Shown: one piece after another, positions 11,682 to 24,139 of the stretch
How the letters are laid out: each line of letters starts with the position of its first letter
Position numbering within the stretch: the first letter of the stretch is position 1
Origin: Chiloscyllium plagiosum
Taxonomy: Eukaryota
Assembly: GCF_004010195.1 (NCBI RefSeq)
Contig: NC_057719.1
Coordinates: 87,674,382-87,716,111, forward strand
Length of the DNA: 41,730 bases
Direction: 5' to 3'
Notes under the pieces: generated by a model
Database searches by the model: none
Seen by the model: only the letters and a program-made list of their open reading frames with translations
What the model was told of the DNA's origin: nothing
Program-made: the position numbers and the translations under genes

Positions 11682-11770
11682 CTGATCACATGACACTGTT
11701 TCCTCCTGTTTGGATGGCGTGTTCATGGAGCCGACAAATTCTATTGGGTCAATCAAAGCTTTTGTTAAAT
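11682..11770 (-). CDS. PLCB2: PLCB2 exon, proximal CTD: DLTKALIDPIEFVGSMNTPSKQEETVSCDQ
   Basis: tctctttgcag| acceptor, CAG|gtagtg donor; 89 nt, phase 1 to 0; ALxxPI Galpha-q-binding motif. Confidence 0.88.
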
Positions 11771-11926
11771 CTGCAAAGAGAAGCAGAGTGTCAGCTGTTT
11801 CATCCTGGGATGGACAATTTGGAGACAATTCCATTCAAGAGCATCCTTTAACGTATACCCTCATAGTATCTGAACTCCAAAGTCATAATCTCCATACCCC
11901 TCCCATCCATTCAGGATTGGACAGGC

Positions 11927-12440
11927 TCAAAACACTCCCAGGATGGGGACAGCATGTGATTGGGTACAGGGTAAAACTCTCTCTACACTATCCCCATCAA
12001 ATACTCCCAGGACAGGGACAGCATGTGGTTAGATATACAGAAAATCTCCCTCTACACCATCCCCATCAAACACTCCCAGGACAAGCACAACACAGGGTTA
12101 GATACAGAGTAAATCTCCTTCCAGACTGTCCCCATCAAACACTCCCAGGACAGGGACAGCACGGGGTTAGATACAGAGTAAATCTCTGTCTACACTGTCC
12201 CCATCAAATACTCCCAGATCAGGGACAGCACGGGATTAGATACAGAGTAAATCTCCATCTACACTGTCCCCATTAAACACTCCCAGGATAGAGAGAGCAC
12301 TGGCTTAGATACAGAGTAAAGCTCCCTCTCCACTGTCCGCATCAAACATTCCCAGGATAGAGAGAGCACGGGGTTAGATACAGAGTAAAGCTCCATCTCC
12401 ACTGTCCCCATCAAACACTTCTAGGACAGGGACAGCATGA
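11927..12440. repeat. About 69-bp tandem satellite (caaacactcccaggacagggacagcacggggttagatacagagtaaatctccctctacactgtccccat)
   Basis: About 7.5 tandem copies. Confidence 0.92.
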
Positions 12441-12520
12441 GGTTCGACAGGGATTGGAACCTCGGTATGTTGAATTCATGGGGAGGAGAATTACGTTCAA
12501 TGTGTGATGTTTAATTATAC

Positions 12521-12625
12521 CTGCCCAAGTGTCAGGCACAAAGTCCTTCACTTCGATATGGACAAACAGAGCTGGCATGGTGAGTGGCTGGTTCGTCTCA
12601 CTCCGAAGATTAATATGACGATATC
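12521..12625 (-). CDS. PLCB2: PLCB2 exon, end of C2: [35 protein letters not shown]
   Basis: gctacag| acceptor, |gtataa donor; 105 nt, phase 1 to 1; PLTMPALF and KD..P..WA motifs. Confidence 0.95.
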
Positions 12626-12739
12626 CTGTAGCATAATAAGGCATATATCAATCAGGACAGGAATACAGAACTAAGTATGACCTTGAGGAGTGGCAGTAAG
12701 GGATCAGAGAGGAGGGAGTTAGATGAATAAGATAGCAAT

Positions 12740-13615
12740 ATAGACTCATCAACACAGGAGGAAGCTATTCAGCCAATCATGTCCACTCCAGTCAACAAAG
12801 GTCTGATTATACTCATTCCAGCTTCTAGCTTTTTGTCCATAGCCCAGGATTTATGGCAATGCAAGTGAATGTTAAATACTGCTTAAATGACTGGGCCACC
12901 CTTTCGGTACAGAGTTCCAGATACCCACCACCCTTTGGATGTTAAGATTTCTCCTCAACTCTCCTCTTACCTTAAATCTATACCTCTGGTTGTTACTCCT
13001 CTACTAATAGTGTATTTCTGCCTTCCTATCTATGCCTGTCATAATCATATTCACTTCTATCAAGCCACCTCTCAACCCTAAGGACAACACCCCAGCCTAT
13101 CAAATCTTTCTTCATAGCTCAGACCCTCCAGGCCAGGAATTATCCTGGTAAACTTGTCACTGCTGTGTCCTCCTAACCAATCTGTTGATACCCTCCTGCA
13201 GTTTCTGGCTATCCTCCTCATTGTTTGCAGCTCGCCCAATTTTATGTCATTCTCAAACTTCTTGCTCACACCTCCACATATCAGAACAAATCATTAATGT
13301 TTACTGAAAACAGAAAGGACCCCAGCTCTGAGTTCTGACGAACCCCACTGGAAACACTCTCGTCACAGAAACATCCCTCTACCATCACCCTCTGCTTCTC
13401 ACGTCTCAGACCATTTTGGATTCAAGGAATTACTTTGCCTTGGATCCCATGGCCTCTTACTTTCATGACCAGTCTCTCAGCTTATAAAAGTCTTGCTAAA
13501 GTTCACGCAGACTACATTAAATGCATTACCCTCATCAACACTCCTTGTTAGCTCCTCAAAAAAGTGATCAAATTTGTCAAACACATCCCTCCCTAAAGAA
13601 ATTCATGCTGACTAT
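12740..13615 (-). mobile_element. Older CR1-type LINE fragments
   Basis: Decayed RT peptides (SKKFENDIKLG, GLSYEERFDRLG). Confidence 0.6.
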
Positions 13616-14780
13616 CCACAAACTTGATTGAGTTTTTTGAAGAAGTAACAAAGAGGGCAGAGCAGTAGATGTGATCCATATGGACTTCAGTAAGGCATTT
13701 AACAAGATTTCTCATGGGACACTGGTTAGCAAAGTTGGATCTCATGAAGTACAGCAAGAACTAGCAATTTGCATACAGAACTGGCTTGAAGTTGGAAGAC
13801 AGAGGGTGGTAGTGGACGTTTGTTTTTCAGTCTGGAGGCCTGTGACCAGTGGAATGCCATAAGGATCGGTGCTGGGTCCACTCCTTTTTGTCATTTATAT
13901 AAATGATTTGGATGTAAGCATAAGAGGCATAGTTAGTAAGTTTGCAGATTACATCAAAATTGGAGGTGTAGTGGACAGCGAAGAAAGTTACCTCAGAATA
14001 CAACAGGGATCTTGATCAGGTGGGCCAATGGGCTGAGGAGTGGCAAATGGAGTTTAATTTAGATAAATGTGAGCTGCTGCATTTTGGAAAGGCAAATCAA
14101 GGCAGAACGTACACGCTTAGTGGTAAGGTCCTGGGGAGTGATGCTGAACAAAGTGATCTTGAGTGCAGGTTCATAGCTCCTTGAAAGTGGAGTTGCAGGT
14201 AGATAGGATAGTGAAGAAGGTGTTTGGTATGCTTTCCTTTATTGGTCAGAGCATTGAGTACAGGAGTTGGGAGGTCATGTTGCATCTGTACAGGACATTG
14301 GTTAGGGCACTTTTGGAATACTGTATGCAATTCTGGTCTCCTTCCTATTGGAAGGATGATGTGAAATTTGAAAGGGTTCAGAAAAGATTGACAAGGATGT
14401 TGCCAGAGTTGGAGCAGAGGCTGAGGGCTGACCTTATAGATGTTTATAAAATCATGAGGGGCATGGATAGGGTAAGTGACAAAGTCTTTTTGGGCCGGGG
14501 GGGGGGGGGGGAAATGGTGTGGTGGAGAATCCAGAACTAGAGGGCATAGGTTTAGGGTGAGAGAAGAAAAATTTGAAAGGGACCTAGGGCCAACGTATTC
14601 ACACTGAGGGTGATGTGTGTATGGAATGAGCTGCCAGAGGAAGTGGTTGAGGCTGCTACAATTACAACATTTAAAAGGTATCTGGATGGATATATGAAGA
14701 GGAACGGTTTAGAGGGATAGGGCCACGTGCTGGCAAATGGGACTAGATTAGATTAGGTTTTCTGGTCGGCATGAACGAGT
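13616..14780 (+). mobile_element. CR1-type (HER) LINE RT and 3' end fragment
   Basis: MDFSKAFNKI.HG, SKFAD, LYRTLVR.LLEYC.QFWSP. Confidence 0.88.
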
Positions 14781-14789
14781 TCCTTCAGA

Positions 14790-15820
14790 GGTTTTTCCAA
14801 TAGCGTCTTCCCCACTGAGGTTATTGACTGGCCTGAAGTTTCCTGATCTATCCCTTCCTATCTGTTTTAACATTGCAACAATGTTAGCAGTCCTCCAGTC
14901 CTCTGGTACCTCACTTGGGGCCAGAGAGGATTTGGAAGTTGCTGCCATGTCTCCTGATATCTCCTCCACTGCCTCCTTCAACAGCCTTTGGTCTCATTTA
15001 TGCTGTGGATTTATCCACTTCTAAGGCTGCTAAACTGGCTAGGACCACCTCTCTCTGTGATAATTTCTTCCAATATTTCACAGTCCTCCCTCCCCCTGCA
15101 CCCCCCGCTCTCCCGATGTCTATAACTGAGTCATCCTTTTCCATTGTGAAGACTGACACAAAGTATTTATTGGCCATACCTGTAACTTCCAGCTCCATAC
15201 ACAGATTTCTTCTATCATCTTGAATGTGACCGACCCGTTCCTGCATTACTCTCTTGCTTTTTATATTTTTTATTCTCCCCTCTCCAGCCCCACATGCTTT
15301 CTACAAAGAACAAAGAAAATTTACAGCACAGGAACAGGCCCTTTGGCCCTCCAAGCCTGAGCCGATCCAAATCCACTGTCTAAACTTGTTGCCCATTTCC
15401 TAAGCATCTGTATCTCTCTGCTTCCCAATTACTCATGCATCTGTCCTGACACATCTTAAATGAATCTAGCATGCCTGCCTCTACTACCATGCTGGCAACA
15501 CACTCCAGGCACCTACCACCCTCTGTGTAAACTAAATTCTCATTCATTAGCTGTCCTAATTTCCTTTTTAAGATCCCCCTCTTTACTACATATCCTCCTC
15601 CAAGAACCCTGCCACATTGAACCATCTGCCATAAGCCTATTTTTCTTTTCTTAAACTTGATCTTTGTCCTTTGGTATCCAGCATACACAGCACTCACCCC
15701 GTCTCCTTACGGGAACTGTGCTCTTTGCTATTTCCTTGACAGCCTGCCACCACTCTGACACAGTTTTATCTGCCAGCAGCTGTTTCCAGTCCACTTGCGC
15801 CAAATTGTATCTTAGCTTGA
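14790..15820 (-). mobile_element. CR1-type LINE fragments
   Basis: EVPEDWRTANIV...GNFRPV; YFVSVFT; acaaagaacaaagaa tail at about 15303. Confidence 0.65.
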
Positions 15821-16039
15821 AATTGACCTGTTTGTGGTAAAGGGGTGGGAGTGTGTCCCTGTAATGTCTTTCAGGTGCATGGGTATAGTCCCTAAAAAGT
15901 TGTGTGCATGTGTTACATCTCAGGAATATGGTTAGAGAATTTGGAATTTGTCGATGTAACGTAGTTTGGGGATGTGGGATATATCCATTATGTCCATTCC
16001 AATACTTTGTGATAGGTTGAGGTAACATCATTCAGGAGT

Positions 16040-16616
16040 GTAGAATATGTCAGTTTAATGTGGTTGCTCAGTGTGGGATATGTTGATGTAATGTGATCGC
16101 TCAGTGTGGGATATGTTAGTGTAATGTGGTTCCAGAGTATGGGTATGTCAGTGTAAAGTGGTTTTGGAGTGCGGGATTAGATCAGATTCCCTACAGTATG
16201 GAAACGGGCCCTTCGGCCCAAAAAGTACAAACTGACCCTCCAAAGAGTAACCCAACCAGACCTATATTTACCTCTGACTAATGCACCTAACACTATGGGC
16301 AATTTAGCATGGCCAATCCACCTGACCTGCACATCTTTGGATTGTGGGAGGAAACCTACGCAGATACGGGGAGAATGTGCTAACTCCATACAGACAGTCG
16401 CCCGAGGTGGAATCAAACCCAGTGCGAGGCAGCAGCACTAACCACTGAGCAACCATTCTGCCCTTTATGTCAGTGTAATGTGGTTCCGCAGTGTGGGACA
16501 TGTCAGTGTAATGTGGTTCCGCAGTGTGGGCTATGTCAGTGTAATGTGGTTCCGCAGTGTGGGCTATGTCAGTGTAATGTGGTTCCGGGGTGTGAGATAT
16601 ATCAATGTAATGTGGT
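16040..16616. repeat. 31-bp minisatellite (atgtcagtgtaatgtggttccgcagtgtggg), split by a SINE
   Basis: Near-identical units 16467-16616 and older units from about 15900. Confidence 0.85.
16175..16463 (-). mobile_element. HE1-type V-SINE inserted in a minisatellite
   Basis: Reverse-complement copy. Confidence 0.85.
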
Positions 16617-16704
16617 TAATGAGACTTGTCCGTATAGTTCTCTGACAGGAAGGAGATTTGACGGCCCCTCACTACATTGTGGGAGGCAGCAGTGCCTAGG
16701 TTAC

Positions 16705-16804
16705 CTGTTTGGAGAGCAGGAACTGGAAGTATCCTGTGTCCAACAAATTTTCCGTTATCTTCAAATGTGGCGATTCTTACATAAGCCATCTCCGGGACAA
16801 GGAT
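16705..16804 (-). CDS. PLCB2: PLCB2 exon, C2 domain: [34 protein letters not shown]
   Basis: gatttgcag| acceptor, |gtaacc donor; 100 nt, phase 0 to 1; KF.GHRI.P motif. Confidence 0.95.
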
Positions 16805-17149
16805 CTGCAAATCAGGAATGAACGAAATAAATAGCCAGGTGGATATGCGAAATGACTTTGGCACTGTGGTACAGGAAGCCTTTGAAGTTGGAGCAGCAAC
16901 AAGGAATGCAGTGGTCGTACCAGATAGTGTTACTGAGGGGGATGATATTACTTGCAAATGGTATACTGTAACTAATTCAAAACTAAATAATGGCGCAAGG
17001 AATAAAATGTGGAAAGCCGTGCTATAACAAAGAGAGGAAAATAGTTGTATGGAAAATGTGTGTCAGAGAATGGCAGGAATGGACAAAGAGAAAAAAAGGC
17101 TTAGGAATACACCAACAGTCAAGACTAGATATTTGAAAGATAACAAAAT

Positions 17150-18520
17150 GACTAAACTAAAGGCACTGTATCTGAATGCATGTGCGTTTTTGTGCTCCAG
17201 AGACTGTAAATGGTGAATTAATAATGAATAATAAGCAGACAGTGGATGAAATGCACAAGAACTTACTTCCGTCTTCACTACAAAGGATACCAGAAACATT
17301 CGAGCAAGAGCTGTAAATCAGCAAGTGGAAGGGAGAGAGAGGAACTTGGTGAAATTACTATCACTAGGGAGGCAGTGATGAGCAAACTGATGGAGCTACA
17401 TGCTCTTGGGTCCTGGGATTTGATGGACTGCATCCCTGAGCTGGAAATGAGGCCGTCGATTCATTGGTGCTAATTTTCCAAACTTTTCTAGATTCAGGAA
17501 ATTTTCCAACTGTCTGAGAAATAGCAAATATAACCACTGTTCAAGAAGGGAGGTGGGGAGGCAGGAAACAGGCAACAATAGGCCAGGTTGCTTGACAACT
17601 TTTATGGGGAACGTGCTTGAATTGATCATTAAAAAGATTGTAGCTGCATGCTTAGAAAATCTAAAGATAATCAGGAAGAGTCAGCATGTGGGCGGCACGG
17701 TGGCACAGTGGTTGGCACTGCTGCCTCACAGCGCCAGAGACCCGGGTTCAATTCCCGCCTCAGGCGACTGACTGTGTGAAGTTTGCACATTCTCCCCGTG
17801 TCTGCGTGGGTTTCCTCCGGGTGCTCCGGTTTCCTCCTACAGTCCAAAGATGTGCAGGTTAGGTGAATTGGCCATGCTAAATTGCCCGTAGTGTTAGGTA
17901 TAGGGGTAAATGTAGGGGTATGGGTGGGTTGCGCTTCGGCGGGGCGGTGTGGACTTGTTGGGCCGAAGGGCCTGTTTCCACACTGTAATGTAATCTAATC
18001 TAAAAATGGTTATATTAAAGGGAAATCCTGTTTAATCAATTGCTGGAGATCTTTGAAGGCGTAATCCACTGTGGATAAAGAGGAAAGTAAATAGGTCTTT
18101 GCCTGATCGTCAGAGTGTGACGAGTGGAAGTCTGCAGGGTTCTGCACTGGGGTCTCAACCTTTCACAATTTACATCAATGACTTAGATGAGTTAAGTGAA
18201 GGCATGACAGCTAATTTCACAGATAACACCAAGATAGGTAGGAAGGTGTGTTGTGAAGATGACACAAGGAAGGTCCAGACAGATTGACTGAGTGAGCAAA
18301 CATCTGGCAGATAAAGTGTAAAGTGGCAAGATGTAAAGTTGTTCACTTTTTGTTAGGAAGACTTAAATGGAGAACAACTGTGGAGAGTCATTCTCATGTA
18401 CACAGGGATTGTGGTGTTCTAGTGCATGAGTCACACAAAGTTAATATGCTGGTATGGCATATAATCAAGAAGGCTTAACGGATACTCTCCTACATAACCA
18501 GAAAGATTGAACATGAAAGT
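17150..18520 (+). mobile_element. Decayed CR1-type LINE interrupted by an HE1 SINE
   Basis: GNNRP...IIRKSQH|G..KGKSCL; QGSALG..FTIYINDLD, FTDNTKIG. Confidence 0.75.
17690..18003 (+). mobile_element. HE1-type V-SINE, near full length
   Basis: tRNA-like head with A box TGGCACAGTGG and B box GGTTCAATTCC; V-domain GTTTGCACATTCTCCCCGTGTCTGCGTGGGTTTCCTCCGG; (taatc)n tail. Confidence 0.9.
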
Positions 18521-18669
18521 CCCATCTACACTGAATGAATATTAATGCATGATTGCAACGGATTCTCATTAAAATTCTGCAATGACATCGAGAGGAATAG
18601 CTGAATCTTCAAATGGCAACAACCACCCTCACAAAACCTTAATTAGCCCATCATAATCCAGAATCAATC

Positions 18670-21600
18670 AGAACATAGAGTCATAGAGATGTACAGCACG
18701 AAAACAGACCCTTCGGTCCAACTCGTCCATGCCGACTAGATATCCAAACCAATCCCTACCTGCTAGCACCTGACCCATATCCTTCCAACCCCTTCTATTC
18801 ATATACTCATCCAGATTCCTTTTAAATGTTGCAATTGTACTAGTCTCCACCATGTCCTGTAGCATCCCATTCCACATGGCAGCCCTTACCATTAAGTGTA
18901 AGTCCCAAAATACAGCACCTCACATTTACCTAAATGCACTCCTCAGCCCATTGATCTATCTGATCAAGATCCTGTTATAATCAGAGGTAACATTCTTCGC
19001 TATCCACTACACCTCCAATTTTGGTGTCATCTGCAAACTTACTAACTATACCTCTTATGCTCACATCCAAATCATTTATGTAAATGACAAAAAATAGTGG
19101 ACCCAGCACCGATCCTTGTGGCACTCCACTGGTCACAGGCCTCCAATCTAAAAAACACCACCCTCTGACTTCTACCTTTGAGCCAGTTCTGTATCCAAAT
19201 GGCTAATTCTCCCTGTATTCCATGAGATCTAACCTTGCTAACCAGTCTCCCACGGGGAACCTTGTTGAACACCTTACTGAAGTCCATATAGATCACATCT
19301 ACTGCTCTGCCCTCAGCAGTCCTCTTTGTTACTTCTTCAAAAAACTCAATCAAGTTTGTGAGACATGATTTCCCACACACAAACCCATGTTGACTATTCC
19401 TAATCTGTTCTTGCGTTTCCAAATACATGTACATCCTGTCCCTCATGATTCCCTCCAACAACTTGCCCACCACCGACCTCAGGCTCATTGGTCTATAATT
19501 CCCTGGCTTGTCCTTACCACCTTTCTTAAACAGTGGCACCACGTTGGTCAACCTCCAGTCTTCCGGCACCTCACCTGTGTCTATGGATGATACAAATATC
19601 TCAGCAAGAGGCCCAGCAATCACTTCCCTGGCTTTCCACAGAGTTCTCGGGTACACCTGATCAGATCCTGGGGAATTATCCACTTTTATGCATTTCAAGA
19701 TATCCAGCAATTCCTCCTCTGTAATATAGACATTTTTCAAGATGTCACCATCTATTTCCCTACATTCTATATCTTCCATGTCATTTTTCACAGTAAACAT
19801 TGATGCAAAATACTCATTTAGTATCTCCTTCATCTCCTGCAACTCAGCACAAAGGCCAAGTTGCTGATCTTTGTGGTCCGTAGTTGACCCTTTTGTCCTT
19901 AATGTATTTGTAAAAACCCTTTGGCTTCTCCTTAACTCTATTTGCCAAAGCTATCTCATGTCCCCTTTTTGCCCTCCTGATTTCCCTCTTAAGTATACTC
20001 CTACTGCCTTTATACTCTTCTAAGGATTCACTCAATCTATCCTGTCTATACCTGACATATGCTTCCTTCTTTTTCTTAACCAAACCCTCAATTTCTTTAG
20101 TCATCCAGCATTCCCCCGGCCTACCAGCCTTTCCTTTCACCCTAACAGAAATATACTTTCTCTGGACTCTCATTATCTCATTTCTGAAGGCTTCCCATAT
20201 TCCAGCCATCCCTTTACCTGTGAACATCTGCACCCAATTAGCTTTTGAAAGTTCTTGACTAATACCTTCAAAATTAGCCTTCCTCCAATTTAGAACTTCA
20301 ACTTTTAGATCTGGTCTATCCTTTTCCATCACTTTTTAAAACTAATAGAGTTATGGTCACTGGCCCCAAACTGCTCCACCACTGACTCCTCAGTCACCTG
20401 CCCTGCCTTATTTCCCAAGAGTAGGTCAAGTTTTGCACCTTCTCTAATAGGTACATCCACATGCTGACTCAGAAAGTTTTCTTGTACATGTTTAACAAAT
20501 TCCTCTCCATCTAAACCCTTAACACTATGGCAGTCCCAATCTATATTTGGAACGTTAAAATCCCCTACCATAACCACCCTATTATTCTTACAGATAGCTG
20601 AGATCTCCTTACAAGTTTGTTTCTCAATTTCCCTCTGACTATTAGGGGGTCTATAATACAGTCCCACTAAGGTTATCATCCCTTTCTTATTTCTCTATTC
20701 CATCCAAATAACTTCCGTAGATGTATTTCCGGGAATATCCTCCCTCAGCACAGCTGTAATGCTATCCCTTATCAAAAATGCCACTCCCCCTCCTCTCTTT
20801 CCTCCCTTTCTATCCTTCCTGTAGCATTTGTATCTTGTAACATTAATCTGCCAGTTGTGTCCATCCCTGAGCCATGTTTCTGTAATTGCTATGATATCCC
20901 AGTCCCATGTTCCTAACCATGCTCTGAGTTCATCTGCTTTTCCTATTAGACCTTTTGCATTGAAATAAATACAATTTAATTTGTCAGTTCTACCTTGTTC
21001 TCTGCTTTGTTCCTGCCTGCCCTGACTGTTTGACTCATTTCTTTTCTCAACTGTCCACGTCTCAGATTGATCTCTTTCCTCAATATCTCCCTGGGTCCCA
21101 CCCCCACCTTACTAGTTTAAATCCTCTTGAGCAGCTCTAGCAAATCTCCCTGCCAGTATATTAGTCCCCTTCCCATTCAGGTGCAATCCATCCTTCTTGT
21201 ACAGGCCACCTCTACCCTAGAAGAGCTTCCAATGATCCAAAAATGTGAAGCCTTCTCCCATACACCAGCTTCTCAGCCATGAATTCATCTGCTCTAACCT
21301 CCTATTCCTGCCCTCACTAGCTCATAGCACCGGGAGTAATCCAGATATTACTACTCGAGGACCTCCGTTTTAAATTCCTGCCACAGTCTCTATGTTCTCC
21401 CTTCAGAATCTCAACCTTTTCCCTTCCTATGTCATTGGTTCCAATGTACACAAGGACCTCCTGCTGGCCTCTCTCCCCCTTGAGAGCATTCTGCACCCTC
21501 TCTGAGACATCCTTGATCCTGGCACCAGGGAAGCAACATACTACTCTGATTTTTCGCTACTGGCCACAGAAACGTCTATCTGTGCCTCAGACTAGAGAGT

Positions 21601-21680
21601 CCCCTAACACAATCGATCTATTGGAACCCAACGTACCCCCCATTGCATTAGAACTAGTCTCAATACCAGAAACTTGGGCA
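18670..21680 (-). mobile_element. CR1-clade (HER-like) LINE, about 3 kb, decayed: ORF1 esterase remnant, APE endonuclease and RT
   Basis: ORFs 20329-20679 (YYRPP, VMVGDFN.PNIDW, SDHN), 19844-20332 and 19072-19842 (PGNYRP.SL, QHGF, SCLTNL, YMDFSK); FADDTK near 19030; GDSLV/FPGAR/IGTNDIG SGNH-like ORF1 near 21430-21610; frameshifted. Confidence 0.93.
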
Positions 21681-22719
21681 ATAAACAAAACACGTATTTA
21701 ATGTTACTTATCCCCAGCATGTTAACACTTTACATAGGTAGATCTTGACAGCCCAAGCAATCAGTTGGGTGACAGTGAGACTTAATCACAGGAGAATTGC
21801 TGTGAATTGACCAAGAGAAGATTTGATAGAGGCATTCAAAATCATGAGGGGGGTCTGGCCAGTGTAGGTAGTCAGATTGGTGAAGCAGAAGGCACAAATT
21901 TAAAATAATTAGCAAAAGAGACACAGGGAAAAACTTGGCATATACTAAGTGATGTGGGATCTGGAATGCACTGCCTGAGGTGGGGGCAAGCAGTGGCCCC
22001 TGTTTCTGTTTCCAGGTCCCTTATTCCTCCCACCATCACCTTTCTACCTCCTCCTCACCTCTTTCAGAATTGGAAACAAGGGGTCAACTCTTCTCAACCC
22101 CTAAAGGCTACTTTTTTGTTCCCGCCAATTCATATTTTCTGCAATGCCATCATATAGTAACAGCACCTCCCATGTTTATGTTGACACAGGTATTTGGACT
22201 CACACAGAAGGAGGATTATAATATATTCCATAATTAGCAATGTTCCAATAAACTTAAAGCCACAGCCCACAACTAATACATTAGTTTCCTCAATTTCAGT
22301 CTTTAAATTGGCATCAGAAAACAGACACAAGTTAGCAACAAAACCTTTTCCATAAAACCTTTTCCATCAAAATAAATCTTGCATTTCTACATGTAAAAAG
22401 CCATCCTCTAAGCACATTTTCTACCGACTGATAAGGTCAGAGCTACTGTGTTTGCACCACATCACTGGAAAAGTTTAACCTGGTACTTATTACTATTTCC
22501 ATTGTCTTGTAGATGTCAACATCAGATTTAAAGTTAGTAACTAATATGGCATCCACACCCCTATTATATAGGTAACTTTTGAATATGTATAGTTTTAAGT
22601 GAGTAGTTCCACAAGTAATTGCAAGGAATTCATTAGTCCATGGATTTCCAGTTTTTCTGACTCCTAGTTCACTGAGTATTCTGTTGTTGACAGGATTTTC
22701 AGCCTGTCTCTCCATACAC

Positions 22720-23378
22720 CCTCCTACCTGCAGCCTCTCTCCTGCTCACCTCTCCCAGTTTCCTCTCCAACTTTGCAGCCTCTCTCACATTTGTGCAATC
22801 TTGCTCCCTCTCCCTGCTCAGGCTCCATCTCCTCTCCTTCATTCCTACAGCCTTCCCCTCCATCTCTCTCCTCCCCAACCCCTGCAGCCACCCCATCCCT
22901 CTTTCTGTCTATCCTGACCGCTGTAACCTCTGCCGCTCCCTTTCTCACCAGCATCCCCTACAGCCTTGTCCACTGTGTCTTCCTCCCCCCTGAACTCTGC
23001 AGCTTTCTTCCAGCTCTCTCATTCTCTCCCTGATCCCGAATGCTACTCTTTCTTGCTTGCTCCCTCCCATGCAATCCCTACAGCCTTCCTCCACCTGACT
23101 CTTTCTCTCTCCCACCTCCTGTCCGTCTTCTCCCTCACTCTCCTGTTTCTCTCTTCCTTCTTCTTTCTCCATCCTTCCCCTCTTCTTCTCTCTCTCTTTA
23201 TTCTTTTCTCTCTTCCCTCTCCTCTCCCTCACTCTCTCAGTTCTCCTCTCCCTCTCTCTCCTGTTTTCTCTCTTCCTTCTCCTTTCTCCCTCTTCTCTCC
23301 CCTTTCTCTCTTCCCTCTCCTCCTCTCTCCCCCCTCTTTCTGTTCTCCTCTCTCTCCTCTTTCCTCTGTATCTCTTTC
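22720..23378. repeat. Polypyrimidine (CT-rich) low-complexity tract
   Basis: Nearly pure C/T from about 23095 to 23378. Confidence 0.9.
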
Positions 23379-24139
23379 AGTCCATTTGACCTATCACACT
23401 CGAGTTTGGAGATGCCGTTGTGATTTGATGCAGCTAAGTGCCTGATGCCCCTGGTGATTGGCACTGCATTGATCTTCACTACCCGAGAGGGCAGTGGAGA
23501 TAGGTCCAATTGGGGCATTCAAGAGGCAAGTGGACTATTATCCATTAAAGGGTGCATGTACGGGCCCACAGAGTAAGAGCAGGCGTTTTGGGCACAGGGT
23601 GAACTGCTACCTCATGACACAATGGAATCTAGAGGAGATGTAAATGGCAATAGCAGAGCTGACACCAACAGCCACTGTTGAAAATAACAGGAGGGATGGC
23701 AACAATCTGAAATGTCTGAAATCCAAGTTGAGTCTGGAGTATGACAATGTGCTCAATAGAAAAATGAAGAACTGATCCTAGAGTTTACATGAACCTCAGG
23801 AAGAAAGACAATTGTATAGCAGACAACGACTGGTTGTCTCAAAGCATTGTCAGCAATGGACTGCCCCTGAATTGTAGTCGCTGTTGCAATGTAGGAAATG
23901 AGACAGCCAACTTGCACGCAGCAGGCTCAATCCCACGAAAGGCAGTGTGGTACTGACCAGATGATTTGTGATGGAGTGGGGCGGGACTTGAAAGTGAAAT
24001 GGTGCAATGCAGCGAGGAGAGTGTCATGGCTAACGGTCTTCCATCCATACTTCATTAGGAGCAGCGTTGGAAGCCGAGCACAGAATAAAAGAGGGAAAAG
24101 CCAGACAAACTTAGAAGTGAATCCTCCGGAGCTCCAATT

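Noticed and set aside
11710..12276. 188-aa ORF with repeated HQTLPGQGQH..RYRVNL units
   Set aside because: Translation of the 69-bp (23-codon) satellite, antisense to a PLCB2 exon
17690..17765. tRNA-like sequence with A and B boxes
   Set aside because: It is the tRNA-derived head of an HE1 SINE and continues into the V-domain; not a tRNA gene
19072..20679. Reverse transcriptase and endonuclease ORFs as an active or domesticated gene or a retron-like system
   Set aside because: Ordinary CR1 ORF2 broken by stops, frameshifts and a 3' deletion
22945..23518. E/R/K-rich and S/L/P-rich ORFs
   Set aside because: Translations of the CT-rich tract
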